DNA from: Candidatus Nezhaarchaeales archaeon
GTDB lineage: Archaea > Thermoproteota > Methanomethylicia > Nezhaarchaeales > WYZ-LMO8
Length of the DNA stretch: 64,000 nt
Assembly: GCA_038887515.1 (NCBI GenBank)
Contig: JAWAKK010000001.1
Location: 416,001-480,000, forward strand
Direction: 5' to 3'
Below the pieces are notes generated by a model that did no database searches, was not told where the DNA came from, and was given only the letters and a program-made list of their open reading frames with translations. The position numbers and the translations under genes were made by a program. Positions 48,667 to 58,281 of this stretch are shown in pieces; the first letter of the stretch is position 1; every line of letters begins with the position of its first letter.

Positions 48667-50226
48667 TTATTGTCTTTGGGGGAACCCTCCAAACTTCTCT
48701 CTCAGTTCCCTATACAGGATCTTCCAGCCACCCATTCTCGGCAGGCTGTCGAGGAATATTACGTAGCGCGGTACCTTATAGCTAGCTATCCTCTCCTTGC
48801 AGAACTCTATTATCTCTTCACTAGTTGCCTCGACGCCCGGCTTTAAAACTATGGCTGCAGCCGGAACCTCCCCCCTTCTTTCATCGTATTTAGCAAAGAC
48901 CGCTGCCTCGGCAACTTTAGGGTGCTTAAGTAGTACGCTTTCGACTTCGGCTGGATATATTTTCCAACCAGACATTATTATCACGTCCTTCTTCCTCGCA
49001 GTTACGTATAGGATCCCCTCGTCTAGATAGCCTAAATCGCCCGTCAAGAACCAACCATCTTGTAGAAATGCCTTTGCCGTCTCCTCTGGGTTTCTCCAGT
49101 AGCCCTTGGCTACTCCGGGACCCCTCAAAGCTATCTCTCCCACCTCTCCCGGTTTTAGTTCTATCGACGGGTTTTCTGGATCGACTATCTTGACCTCACA
49201 ATAGCTTACCGGTGCTCCAACACTCTTGAACCCTTTAGATAAATGTTGGAAGGAGAAAGACACCGCGGTAGCCGTCCCTACGACGATAGTTTCAGAAAGT
49301 CCATATGCATTGACCACCTCTATGTGAGGGTACCTCTCCGTGAACCTTCTCCAAAGTTCTTCAGGTGTTGGCGCTCCACCAGTTATTATACACCTGGCGC
49401 TTCTGAGCTTATCCTCGGAGCCTGGAGGCGCGTGAAGCAGTGAATAAAGTACTGGAGGCATCCCGGATAGGATCGTAGCCCTGTTTTCATCCGCCAACTT
49501 CAAGTACTCGTCCAGGTTGAAGCGCTCCATGATCACGAAGGTTGCCCCGTACCTTAATGCTGTTATCCCCCAACTGACACCAACGTGAAAATGCGGATAG
49601 ATTCCGAGGTATACGTCGCTCTCCGTTAACTTTAAAACCCATCTTTCAGCTTCGACGGCTGCCATCCAGTTCCCGTGAGTCAACATCGCACCTTTAGGTC
49701 TACCGGTAGTCCCCGACGTATACTGTATTTGACATAAGTCGTCGAACGAGCAATTCTCAGGGACGCATTTAGTAGCTGAAGTCTCTATTACCTCACTTAT
49801 GCTGATGGTACTGCCAACACCTTCAAGCGATAGGACCTTTACTTCACTTAAGTCGACATTAACCTTTGGCAGTACGTTAATGCAAACGTCGTCTAACGCT
49901 ATTATAACCTTCGGTTCGGAGTCGTTTATTATGTTCGTTAGTTCCTCCGACTTGAAGTCCGGATTGACCGGAACCGCTATCGCCCCTATCCTCCAGATGG
50001 CAAAGTAACTTATTATGGTCTCAGGCCTATTGCCAGTACACACTATTGCTCTGTCCCCCTTTCGAAGTCCAAGATTCTTCAGTCCATTGGCTAGCCTACT
50101 AACTTTTTCAAGAAGTTCCCTATAGGTAATGGTCTCTTGCCCTTTCGGGTACACGATTGCCTGTTTGGCACCATAATATATGGAGTTGGAGTCTAAGAAA
50201 GATGTGAAGTTAACCATTAGCATCAC
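48667..50226 (-). CDS. AMP-forming acyl-CoA ligase (class I adenylate-forming)
   Basis: YTSGTTGRPKG, YGLSE, GYW, TGDLG, R.KD, P.EVE and YKVP motifs. Confidence 0.92.
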   Translation of the reverse strand: MMLMVNFTSFLDSNSIYYGAKQAIVYPKGQETITYRELLEKVSRLANGLKNLGLRKGDRAIVCTGNRPETIISYFAIWRIGAIAVPVNPDFKSEELTNIINDSEPKVIIALDDVCINVLPKVNVDLSEVKVLSLEGVGSTISISEVIETSATKCVPENCSFDDLCQIQYTSGTTGRPKGAMLTHGNWMAAVEAERWVLKLTESDVYLGIYPHFHVGVSWGITALRYGATFVIMERFNLDEYLKLADENRATILSGMPPVLYSLLHAPPGSEDKLRSARCIITGGAPTPEELWRRFTERYPHIEVVNAYGLSETIVVGTATAVSFSFQHLSKGFKSVGAPVSYCEVKIVDPENPSIELKPGEVGEIALRGPGVAKGYWRNPEETAKAFLQDGWFLTGDLGYLDEGILYVTARKKDVIIMSGWKIYPAEVESVLLKHPKVAEAAVFAKYDERRGEVPAAAIVLKPGVEATSEEIIEFCKERIASYKVPRYVIFLDSLPRMGGWKILYRELREKFGGFPQRQ

Positions 50227-51740
50227 TTCAGAGGCTCTAAAGCTTCAGAGGAAGGCTTCTTAGTAAGTAAACTAACAATGAAGAACAGCGGCAACGAAAC
50301 TGCTAAAGCTGGTAAGACGGCGTGTACGCTGGTGGTTTTATATAGGAATAAGTGCCAAGATAAACCGATCACTAGACCTGAAATCATTGACGATATTGCG
50401 CCGATTTTTGTAGCCCCCTTCCAGTAGAGACCTATAGTTACAGGACCTAAGAAGCAGACGAAAAGTGTTCCGAAAGCTGCTGCAACTATGTCGACTATTA
50501 TTTCTTCTTGGACTAACGTCAGCATAAGCGATATCGCGGCGAATACTATTGGAACGACCCTTGCCAAGGCCACCAACTTGTCCTCATGTACCTCAGGCTT
50601 AAACGATTGTATTACATCTCTCGTAAGAGTTGCTGACAACACGATGAGAGTTACTGCTAGGGTTGACATTGACGCCGCTACCGGTGCTGCTAATATTAGG
50701 CCTCGCACGCCTGAGGGTGCGAGGATGTTTATGGTCCTGGGAATAACCCAATCAGAGTCCTTCATCAAGCTTGCGACCTCGCTGACTGACAATTGCTTAT
50801 CGAGGATTAAGTGGCAGAACGCACCTAGCGAGAAAACGGTAATCGCATAAGCTGCCACTAGCACTGGCCCTAAAAGCCTTCCCTTACTTATTACTTTTAC
50901 ATTTTTAGCAGCATAAAATTGCATCAGCAAGCTTGGTAGAGCCACTTGAGCCATGCTTATTGAAAACGTTATTCCCATTATCATTTGCGGGACCATGCCA
51001 GTCTCCATTGCCCGGGGCGGTCCGGCACCATCAAGCTTAAGCCATAAGGATCCGGGCAATTTGTCCATTATCATCATTTGTTGAAGCTTCTTAATGCCTT
51101 CAAATGGACCACCAACGGCTGCCATTATGTAGCCGAAAGCTAAGAAAGCGGCCAAGAGCATCAGAGAACCCAGTAGAAGGTTGTTGAGTATGGCGGCTCG
51201 AAGCCCACCGAGACCGACATATATTAAGACAGGAATTGTTAATAGCATCAAGCCCACTTCAAAGCTCGTGCCCAGGAGCGTAGCAATTATTATCGCGCCC
51301 CCCTTGTAAACGCTGGTCAAGTACAGTGTGAAGAGGAATATCATAACCATTGCCGAGACGGCTTTCGCAGCCCTACTTTCGTACCTGCGTTCTATGAAGT
51401 CTGGTATGCTAATTATGTTAGTTTTCGAGGCATACTTGAACAACCTTTCGGCAACTAGAATCCACATAAGCACTACTCCTATTACGTGCCATGCCGTAAG
51501 CCATGCTCCAAAGCCTAAATTAAAGAGATACGTAGCACCTCCTCCTCCAAGGAAGGAGGCGGCGCTGAAATATGTGGCCATTATGGAGAAGGCTAGAGCA
51601 ACTGCTCCAAGCCCCCTTCCCGCCAGGAAGTAGCCGGTCATCGACTTGCTGACGCTGTAACCCTTGACCCCTATGAGGATTACCACAACCACCATGACTA
51701 TTATCACGGAGATATCAAGGAAGTCTAGTCCCATGCTCAC
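50223..51740 (-). CDS. Sodium:solute symporter (PanF/PutP/ActP family)
   Basis: YFLAGR, SAASFLG, GGLRA, AASMST and GLYWK motifs; about 13 TMs. Confidence 0.92.
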   Translation of the reverse strand: MSMGLDFLDISVIIVMVVVVILIGVKGYSVSKSMTGYFLAGRGLGAVALAFSIMATYFSAASFLGGGGATYLFNLGFGAWLTAWHVIGVVLMWILVAERLFKYASKTNIISIPDFIERRYESRAAKAVSAMVMIFLFTLYLTSVYKGGAIIIATLLGTSFEVGLMLLTIPVLIYVGLGGLRAAILNNLLLGSLMLLAAFLAFGYIMAAVGGPFEGIKKLQQMMIMDKLPGSLWLKLDGAGPPRAMETGMVPQMIMGITFSISMAQVALPSLLMQFYAAKNVKVISKGRLLGPVLVAAYAITVFSLGAFCHLILDKQLSVSEVASLMKDSDWVIPRTINILAPSGVRGLILAAPVAASMSTLAVTLIVLSATLTRDVIQSFKPEVHEDKLVALARVVPIVFAAISLMLTLVQEEIIVDIVAAAFGTLFVCFLGPVTIGLYWKGATKIGAISSMISGLVIGLSWHLFLYKTTSVHAVLPALAVSLPLFFIVSLLTKKPSSEALEPLK

Positions 51741-51832
51741 TCGCCCCTAGAGGCTTTGTAGGCTCCATAGATCAATCCAATCAACAGCACGACTATCGCA
51801 GCTATGTAACCGCTTAGTATTAATGGATCCAT
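51737..51832 (-). CDS. 31-aa single-TM microprotein, probable SSS accessory subunit (not in the ORF track)
   Basis: MDPLILSGYIAAIVVLLIGLIYGAYKASRGE*; stop overlaps the symporter start (GTGA); alternative ATG at 51841. Confidence 0.75.
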   Translation of the reverse strand: MDPLILSGYIAAIVVLLIGLIYGAYKASRGE

Positions 51833-51891
51833 ATCAACCATATGATTCGCCTGCCTACTTATGGACATAAATGAATTTTTTAAGCCTTTTG

Positions 51892-51907
51892 TGTACATAT
51901 ATGTACA
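51892..51907. promoter_or_regulatory. Perfect 16-bp palindrome TGTACATATATGTACA, putative operator
   Basis: Lies between the divergent SSS operon and CBS gene. Confidence 0.45.
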
Positions 51908-51953
51908 TTGAAGAAAATCATATTAGGTAGGGTAAGAAAATTATTGATGTGCG

Positions 51954-52778
51954 ATGAGGCTTTGCGAATTACCTTGTAAACATCATCAATTTAAAGTTAA
52001 GGCTGAAGACACTCTAGCTACGGCCATTAATGCTATGTCTAAAGGATCTAGCGTCTTTTTAGTGGTTGACAATGATGATAGACTACGCGGTTTAATTACA
52101 ACTTCAAGGGTACTAAGTTTGCTTTCAGCCCTTAAACTAAGCTCTAGGCTTAGCACTTACCCTATAAGCTTATTCGTAAACGAGAGAGCTATAGCAATGC
52201 ACTACGAATATCCAATAGAGGCAGCTCTTCAGTTGATGGTTGAAGAGAGGAAGCATTATATAGCCCTTGTGAAAGGGATTAAGGCCATCGGGCTACTTAG
52301 CTACAGGTGCTTTCTAAGTATGCTTTTTAATTTAAAGTTAGAAATTGACCTAGAAAAACTGGCATCAAAGCACATAGTAACACTCCTAGCCCACAACAGC
52401 CTTGCTGAAGCCTTTAGAGCAATGGCGTCTATTGATTATTATGAAGTCCCAATAGTAGAAGACGAAATAGTAGGAATCTTGAGATTACGCGACATAATAA
52501 GCGAGGTCCTCGACAAGGGGTTGGAGAAACTCAAGGTAATTAACGTCTATGGTAAGTGTAAGCTCTTGGATAGTAAAGCGAGGAGGTTCGATGAGGTATT
52601 AAAGCTTGCACTTAAGGAAGACATAAATCTCGTACCTTTGTTAAGAAGTGATGGAAGCTATGGCTTCATTAAGCTCGAAGACCTATTTACGCATGTTGTA
52701 GCGGAGCTTGGAGCATTTAAGGTGGCTGAACTAATTAGATCGAATAGATGTGCTCCACAAAGTGTTTGTGGGGCGTAA
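51954..52778 (+). CDS. CBS-domain protein (divergent, probably 4 CBS)
   Basis: VVD...L.GLIT and VPIVE...VGIL..RDI patterns. Confidence 0.65.
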   Translation: MRLCELPCKHHQFKVKAEDTLATAINAMSKGSSVFLVVDNDDRLRGLITTSRVLSLLSALKLSSRLSTYPISLFVNERAIAMHYEYPIEAALQLMVEERKHYIALVKGIKAIGLLSYRCFLSMLFNLKLEIDLEKLASKHIVTLLAHNSLAEAFRAMASIDYYEVPIVEDEIVGILRLRDIISEVLDKGLEKLKVINVYGKCKLLDSKARRFDEVLKLALKEDINLVPLLRSDGSYGFIKLEDLFTHVVAELGAFKVAELIRSNRCAPQSVCGA

Positions 52779-52781
52779 AGA

Positions 52782-53354
52782 TTGACTTCGCCCTTTGGAA
52801 ATAGTATAAAGGTTTTACTTCAACCAATAGGCTCAATCGGCGAAACGATGTACGAAGTCTCTTCGAAGCTTAACGAGACTTTTAAGTTGTTCACTTTTGT
52901 GGTCTCTTGTAAGCGTATGGAAGTACCTTTTCATGCCTTCAACGAAGATAGGGGGCAATACAACTCTTCAGTTATCTTAGATGAGCTATCAAGACTATAC
53001 AATAGGGGTTTCTTCGAGGGTTACCAACGGATCATAGGGTTAGTAGATGTAGATGCCTATGTTCTAGGTCTAAACTTCGTCTTCGGCGAAGCATTACTTG
53101 GAGGGCCCGTAGCAGTCGTATACCTGGCTAGGCTTAAGCCCGAGTTTTATGGTAAATCATCAAATCAAGAACTCCTCATAGAGAGGACTTGTAAGGAAGT
53201 AGTTCATGAGCTAGGACATACGTTCGGGCTAAGACACTGCTCTAACCCTAGGTGCGTCATGTATTTCAGCAATACAATTTTCGACACCGATCACAAAGAT
53301 CTATCGTTTTGCCTAAGATGCCAATCGCTTTTGATCGGCAATCTTATGATTTAA
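52782..53354 (+). CDS. amzA: Archaemetzincin Zn metalloprotease
   Basis: LNFVFG and KE.VHELGHTFGL.HC....CVM.FSN....D.K...FC..C motifs. Confidence 0.92.
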   Translation: MTSPFGNSIKVLLQPIGSIGETMYEVSSKLNETFKLFTFVVSCKRMEVPFHAFNEDRGQYNSSVILDELSRLYNRGFFEGYQRIIGLVDVDAYVLGLNFVFGEALLGGPVAVVYLARLKPEFYGKSSNQELLIERTCKEVVHELGHTFGLRHCSNPRCVMYFSNTIFDTDHKDLSFCLRCQSLLIGNLMI

Positions 53355-53396
53355 AGTAGGCTTAATACCTTCAATTCTAGCTTTAGTATAATTGAA

Positions 53397-54077
53397 GTGA
53401 TGACCTTGTACATACCGTCTAAAGCTCGCTTGGAAGTTATTGCAGATTCGAGAGAAGCCTCTACAGCTAAGCACATAATCGACGAGATAAAAAAGCTTGG
53501 AGCGCTGGTTCGTGTAGAGTTTCTCGATGCCGGCGATTATATAGTTTCGAGCGATATCGCTATCGAACGTAAGACAATAAGCGACTTTATATCGACTTTA
53601 ACTAAAAGGGACATATTTGAGCAATTAAACAAGGTTAAAAGTTACTTTAGTAAGCCGATTTTAGTACTTGAAGGCGATATAGGGTCTGTGCCCATGATAA
53701 GTTCGATAAACATGAATGCCGTACTCGGGGCTCTGGCATCGATAGCTAGAATGGGAATTTCAATTATACCTTCGCCATCACCTTCAACTACTGCCAAGCT
53801 AATAGTTTACTTAGCCAAACAAGAGAGAAAAGGCGTTCGACAGGCCAAAGTTAGAACTAAACAGGTAAGTAAGGACGATATATATGAGGAACAAATATTC
53901 TTCTTGTGTGGGCTCCCGATGATAGGGAGGGAAAGAGCCAAAGCCATATTAAGGGTATACAGAACGCCCATCGAAGCGCTTAAGAGGGTCGACGGTTGGG
54001 CAAAAATGGTTGAAGGCATCGGAGAAGCCACGGTAAAGAGGGTTAAAGAGATCTTGGAGACCCCCTTTAGAACTTAG
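53397..54077 (+). CDS. xpf: XPF/ERCC4 structure-specific nuclease (short crenarchaeal type)
   Basis: DSRE, GDY, IERKT..D and EG motifs; C-terminal HhH2 (LP.IG, VEGIG). Confidence 0.88.
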   Translation: MMTLYIPSKARLEVIADSREASTAKHIIDEIKKLGALVRVEFLDAGDYIVSSDIAIERKTISDFISTLTKRDIFEQLNKVKSYFSKPILVLEGDIGSVPMISSINMNAVLGALASIARMGISIIPSPSPSTTAKLIVYLAKQERKGVRQAKVRTKQVSKDDIYEEQIFFLCGLPMIGRERAKAILRVYRTPIEALKRVDGWAKMVEGIGEATVKRVKEILETPFRT

Positions 54078-54240
54078 ACGTCCCAAAGCTCACGAGACCA
54101 TCTTTATTGAATAATTTAAGAGTAGCCTGAGTCGTCCATCATCATATAGCGGCTTTAGTGGCCTGCGATCTACGAATTCATCAGAAAGGAAGTTTATGTC
54201 AATTCACTTAAATAACTAAAATGTTGGAGTTTTAAACCAA

Positions 54241-54777
54241 TTAGGTCCTCGACTTCTTAGTAGTCAGTAGAGCGCCGACTATTACATCGCACTTGAAGTA
54301 GCCGAGCCTTTTGGCCGCTACGCCTACCTTAAGTGACGCTTTAGCCTTTATACCCAGAGATATGCAAAGCTTCGTAATGTAGTCTACTGTAGCTCCTAAA
54401 TCCAAGGCTCTGATAATGCATGTTGGTCCTGGAAACAATAGCCCTTCCCTTCTATTCTTAAGCATATCTTCGCATGTTGGGAAGCCACATGCACCGCAAT
54501 TCATCTTTGCAATTTCCCCTCCATCTTTCAGCCCCACTAGCATAACTACGTCTGCAAGCCTTACATCTTCAATCTCTGCTTTATATGAAGGATCTCTAAG
54601 CTCTTCCGCTAACTGGTTCATGTACTTTGCAAGCTCCTCCTTCTGCTCTCCATCTACAAGCTTAGTTTCGATGGATTTTGCACTCAAAGCACTTTTAGCG
54701 ACGATTGTTATGAGGTTTATGATTGTTACTAGCTCACTATGCTTGTACGTTGGAGTTTCAACATCCATAAGAATCAC
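54241..54777 (-). CDS. DUF2148 ferredoxin-like protein
   Basis: NCGACGFPTC and GPTC..R..DLG motifs. Confidence 0.78.
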   Translation of the reverse strand: MILMDVETPTYKHSELVTIINLITIVAKSALSAKSIETKLVDGEQKEELAKYMNQLAEELRDPSYKAEIEDVRLADVVMLVGLKDGGEIAKMNCGACGFPTCEDMLKNRREGLLFPGPTCIIRALDLGATVDYITKLCISLGIKAKASLKVGVAAKRLGYFKCDVIVGALLTTKKSRT

Positions 54778-54873
54778 TTATGGACTTCTTAAGAGATAAG
54801 ATATCTCTAGAGGGTGACCTTAAAGTTCTTAGAAAAATAAGATGCTGCAAGCTACTCTTCTCACTTCAAGAGA

Positions 54874-55914
54874 TTAAGGAATTAAGATCTGTCTCCCTAC
54901 AACCTTTGATTGCTCTATATTGTCGAGAGCTTCGTTTGCTTCCTCCAATTTCATGACCTTCGAAATTACGGGCTTCAATTTACCCTTTTCGGCAAGTGCA
55001 ACCGTCCCGATAAAGTCCGCTTGTGAGCCTACGTGTACACCAGTGAACTCTGTCTCCTTAAAGACTAGCAATGCACTAGGATGCTTAAGTTCAGCTCCAT
55101 AGAAACCTACTATAATGTACTTACCCCTTTTTGAAAGGGCAAACGGATATACTGATAAGGTCTTTTCAGAGCCTACGAAGTCTATGATGGCATCGGCCCC
55201 CCTACCTTCAGTTAGGAAGTTTATCTCTTCGACTACATCGCTAGCCCTACCGTCAATTACGTAGTCTGCCCCAACCTTTTTAGCTACGTCTAAGGCCTCT
55301 TCTCTTACGTCGACACCTACAACAGTAGCCCCCGAAGTCGACTTGGCTATCTGAATAGCCATTACCCCTAGGCCGCCAACCCCGACGACGAGGAGCGTCT
55401 TTGAGGGATCTGTTAGCTCGGCCTTCTTTACTGCCCTATACGCTGTTACACCGGAACAAGCAAGGGGTGCTGCTTCTATTGGCGATAGCTTCTTTATCTT
55501 CGTTAGAAACCTGTAGTGAGGTACCTTGACGAATTCGGCGAAACCTCCATCCATATGTATTCCGAGAAACTTCAGGTTATCACATAGGTTCTCTTCACCG
55601 GTCTTACAGTAGTAGCAAGCACCACAACCCTGCCATGGGTTTACCACTACCATGTCCCCCTTGCTTATCCCTCGAACTTCTTCTCCAATTTCCTCGACCA
55701 CGCCAGCAACTTCATGACCTAAAGTTAAGGGGGGCTTTATCCCAAGCTTACCCACATTAATTCCACCTACATAGCCACTTCTAATGTGAACATCGCTGTG
55801 ACATACTCCTGCAGCGCGTACTCTCACTAGAACTTCATAGCCCTTAACTTTAGGTATCTCTAACTCTGAAAGAACAAGATTTTTCCCCGTCTCCACTAAC
55901 CTCATGGCCTTCAT
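54874..55914 (-). CDS. adh: Zn-dependent NAD(P) alcohol dehydrogenase (MDR; Sulfolobus Adh-like)
   Basis: GVCHSD, GHE, CGACYYC...EENLC, LACSGVT and GVGGLG motifs. Confidence 0.92.
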   Translation of the reverse strand: MKAMRLVETGKNLVLSELEIPKVKGYEVLVRVRAAGVCHSDVHIRSGYVGGINVGKLGIKPPLTLGHEVAGVVEEIGEEVRGISKGDMVVVNPWQGCGACYYCKTGEENLCDNLKFLGIHMDGGFAEFVKVPHYRFLTKIKKLSPIEAAPLACSGVTAYRAVKKAELTDPSKTLLVVGVGGLGVMAIQIAKSTSGATVVGVDVREEALDVAKKVGADYVIDGRASDVVEEINFLTEGRGADAIIDFVGSEKTLSVYPFALSKRGKYIIVGFYGAELKHPSALLVFKETEFTGVHVGSQADFIGTVALAEKGKLKPVISKVMKLEEANEALDNIEQSKVVGRQILIP

Positions 55915-56154
55915 GAAATCCCCACCTTCAAAAAGGAAGGTTAACTCCTTGATCTACTTATAAAACTTGCTTACCTTAAGAATGCCACTACAACTTCAAA
56001 GCTTAAACCCTTCTAAATCAATAGAAAGGTGTCGTTCGCGGATCGGGGCATGATATGGTTTGATATCGCTGTAGCGCGAGTTCTAACTTCTTCAGCTTTT
56101 AATAGAGTATAGTTTTATGAGTATCTAATAGCCCTACTAAGGGGTTTTGAGGTT

Positions 56155-56970
56155 ATGGCTTCTAATACGCAAGAGTTATTTCTCGTACTTAGGCCTTCGA
56201 AATTCGGATACTCGAATTCGATGGCAGCCTTGATCTTGTACTCCACCGTGATAAGCTACGATATTAAATATGTGTTAGCAGACCTTCCTCAAGGGTTTGA
56301 GGCCATCCTAAAGCGTTATGAAGAGGCGAGGGAAGCATTAAGTGCAGCTGTTAGGTACGGCCTGTTATTCTATTCGGAGAGCATAATGAGAGCCTGCGAA
56401 CCCATGATATCATGCCTTTCTAAACTTATTAAAAGAGGTGTGAAAGTTGTATGTTACTTGAACTTGGCAGACCTTGAAAGAGAAAGAGAACTAGCCGTAG
56501 AAGTTTCGAGGTTGGTTCTCAGGGCTTCAGTTAAGAAGCTCGATGACTATGAAATTAGAGAGTGGCTTCGAATATTAAGCGAATACAGCACTGAATGTAA
56601 GAAGACAGCTGACAGCCTGTTAGAAATATTGAGCGTAACTGATGCTTCTAGAATGGCCGTCCTAACAGGCTTAGAGGGCTTTCAGTTAGTCGAGATTCTC
56701 AAGAAACGAGGGCTTGAGGTCAAGGTAAGGGCCGCTGGCCTCCCGTACGTTCGAAGTCCTCTAGAAGTTATGGTATTGAAATATGAGAGGGGAGAACTGA
56801 GCGTCGACGAACTTAAATGTCTAGTTAATGATTACGTCGATTACATTAAGAACTATGTAGTCAGGTATGAGACACTTGAAGAAGCTCATATAGCTTGGAG
56901 CTGTAAGAAGGCTCCTTGGCTTAAAAGTCTTTTTCAGCATGAAATTGTTGGCAATAATATTTGTAGCTAG
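56155..56970 (+). CDS. Hypothetical protein
   Basis: 271-aa ORF with GAGGT SD; no motif recognised. Confidence 0.65.
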   Translation: MASNTQELFLVLRPSKFGYSNSMAALILYSTVISYDIKYVLADLPQGFEAILKRYEEAREALSAAVRYGLLFYSESIMRACEPMISCLSKLIKRGVKVVCYLNLADLERERELAVEVSRLVLRASVKKLDDYEIREWLRILSEYSTECKKTADSLLEILSVTDASRMAVLTGLEGFQLVEILKKRGLEVKVRAAGLPYVRSPLEVMVLKYERGELSVDELKCLVNDYVDYIKNYVVRYETLEEAHIAWSCKKAPWLKSLFQHEIVGNNICS

Positions 56971-57310
56971 GATGCAGGCTCTACGTAGGAGTAAAAATCG
57001 TAGTCCAGCTTCGATAGGACCTCGGCTGAGTCAATCCTCCTAGGTAACAAGGCTACTCCTACTATCTCTACGATTCTTTTTAAATGAAGCTTTTTGGTTA
57101 TTGCGTATGCTACAAGCTTGAAGTATGAGCTCTATGTATCATTACCACGATTATCTGGAAAGCAGAAGACGTAGCTCTAAAGTCTCTCAACAGCTCTTCT
57201 GATGAATGGATTAGCTGAGACATGCTTGTCATTCATTTTTTCCTAAGAGTGGAGTTAACGTATCTAATTAGAGGCTCATGAAACAGTTTTGGAACAACTA
57301 GAAGACTGAG

Positions 57311-57748
57311 TTATGTTTGCGAATTCGACTTCACTCCTATAACCTCATCCACAGCCTTATTAGCCAGCTCATCGGCTCTCCTATTAAGCTCTCGGTCTAT
57401 GTGATGGTAGTATACCTTCGAGAATAGCTTCTCTTTCTGCTTAATTTCTCTAAAAAGCTTCTTCAAGTTTTGGCTTCTAACCTTATAGAGCCCGGTTATC
57501 TGCTTAATTAAGAGCTCCGAATCACTAAATATGTGGAGGATCCCCTTTAGGGATAGGGAGTGACATATTTCCAGAGCCCTCATCAGGGCCATGTACTCTG
57601 CTTGGTTGTTCGTAAAGTTCAATCCTAGGAACTCGTAGTGCTCTAAGAGGACCTTGCCGGCCTGATCTGTTACCACTATGCCTATCCCAGCTGGTCCTGG
57701 ATTTCCTCGCGACGATCCATCCACGTAGACCTTGCATACTAAAGACAT
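57311..57748 (-). CDS. rnhA: Ribonuclease HI
   Basis: DGSSRGNPGPAG, TNNQAEY, DSEL and N..AD.LAN motifs. Confidence 0.92.
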   Translation of the reverse strand: MSLVCKVYVDGSSRGNPGPAGIGIVVTDQAGKVLLEHYEFLGLNFTNNQAEYMALMRALEICHSLSLKGILHIFSDSELLIKQITGLYKVRSQNLKKLFREIKQKEKLFSKVYYHHIDRELNRRADELANKAVDEVIGVKSNSQT

Positions 57749-57751
57749 TTA

Positions 57752-58204
57752 CTAGCTCCTCAACTTAAACTTCCTGATCCTTATATTTGCATCTCTTAAA
57801 ATCTTAGCTGACTCCTCATCCTCATAGTCAGAGTCGTATACTATCTCCTCTATCTCAGCATTAACTAACATCTTAGCACATATTATGCATGGGAAGGTTG
57901 TAGTATAGAGAGTGGCCCCCTTCGTACTAACCCCAAAAACAGCTGCTTGAATTATCGCATTCTGCTCGGCATGCACCCCTCTACAGAGCTCATGCCTTTG
58001 ACCTGATGGAACCCTCAACTCCTCCCTCAAGCAATTCTTACAGTGTGGTAGTCCCTTAGGAGCTCCATTGTATCCCGTAGCTAGAATCCTCTTGTCCTTG
58101 ACTAGTAGAGCTCCAACCTTCCGCCTAAGACACGTGGATCTTGAGGACATGACGTGGGCTAGTCTCATGAAGTACTCGTCCCAACTAGGTCTCTCCTCAA
58201 CCAC
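57752..58204 (-). CDS. dCMP deaminase (ComEB family)
   Basis: [28 protein letters not shown] and PC..C motifs. Confidence 0.92.
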   Translation of the reverse strand: MVEERPSWDEYFMRLAHVMSSRSTCLRRKVGALLVKDKRILATGYNGAPKGLPHCKNCLREELRVPSGQRHELCRGVHAEQNAIIQAAVFGVSTKGATLYTTTFPCIICAKMLVNAEIEEIVYDSDYEDEESAKILRDANIRIRKFKLRS

Positions 58205-58281
58205 TTCAACCTCAACCTAGATTAAGGACTAGGAAACCAACTTTAAGCCTTGCTCAGCGAATCTTGAATTTAAAGGGGTCT

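Noticed and set aside
56967-57140. Minus-strand protein-like fragment (KLVAYAITKKLHLKRIVEIVGVALLPRR...)
   Set aside because: No start codon, with an in-frame stop immediately upstream; family cannot be assigned, at most a small remnant
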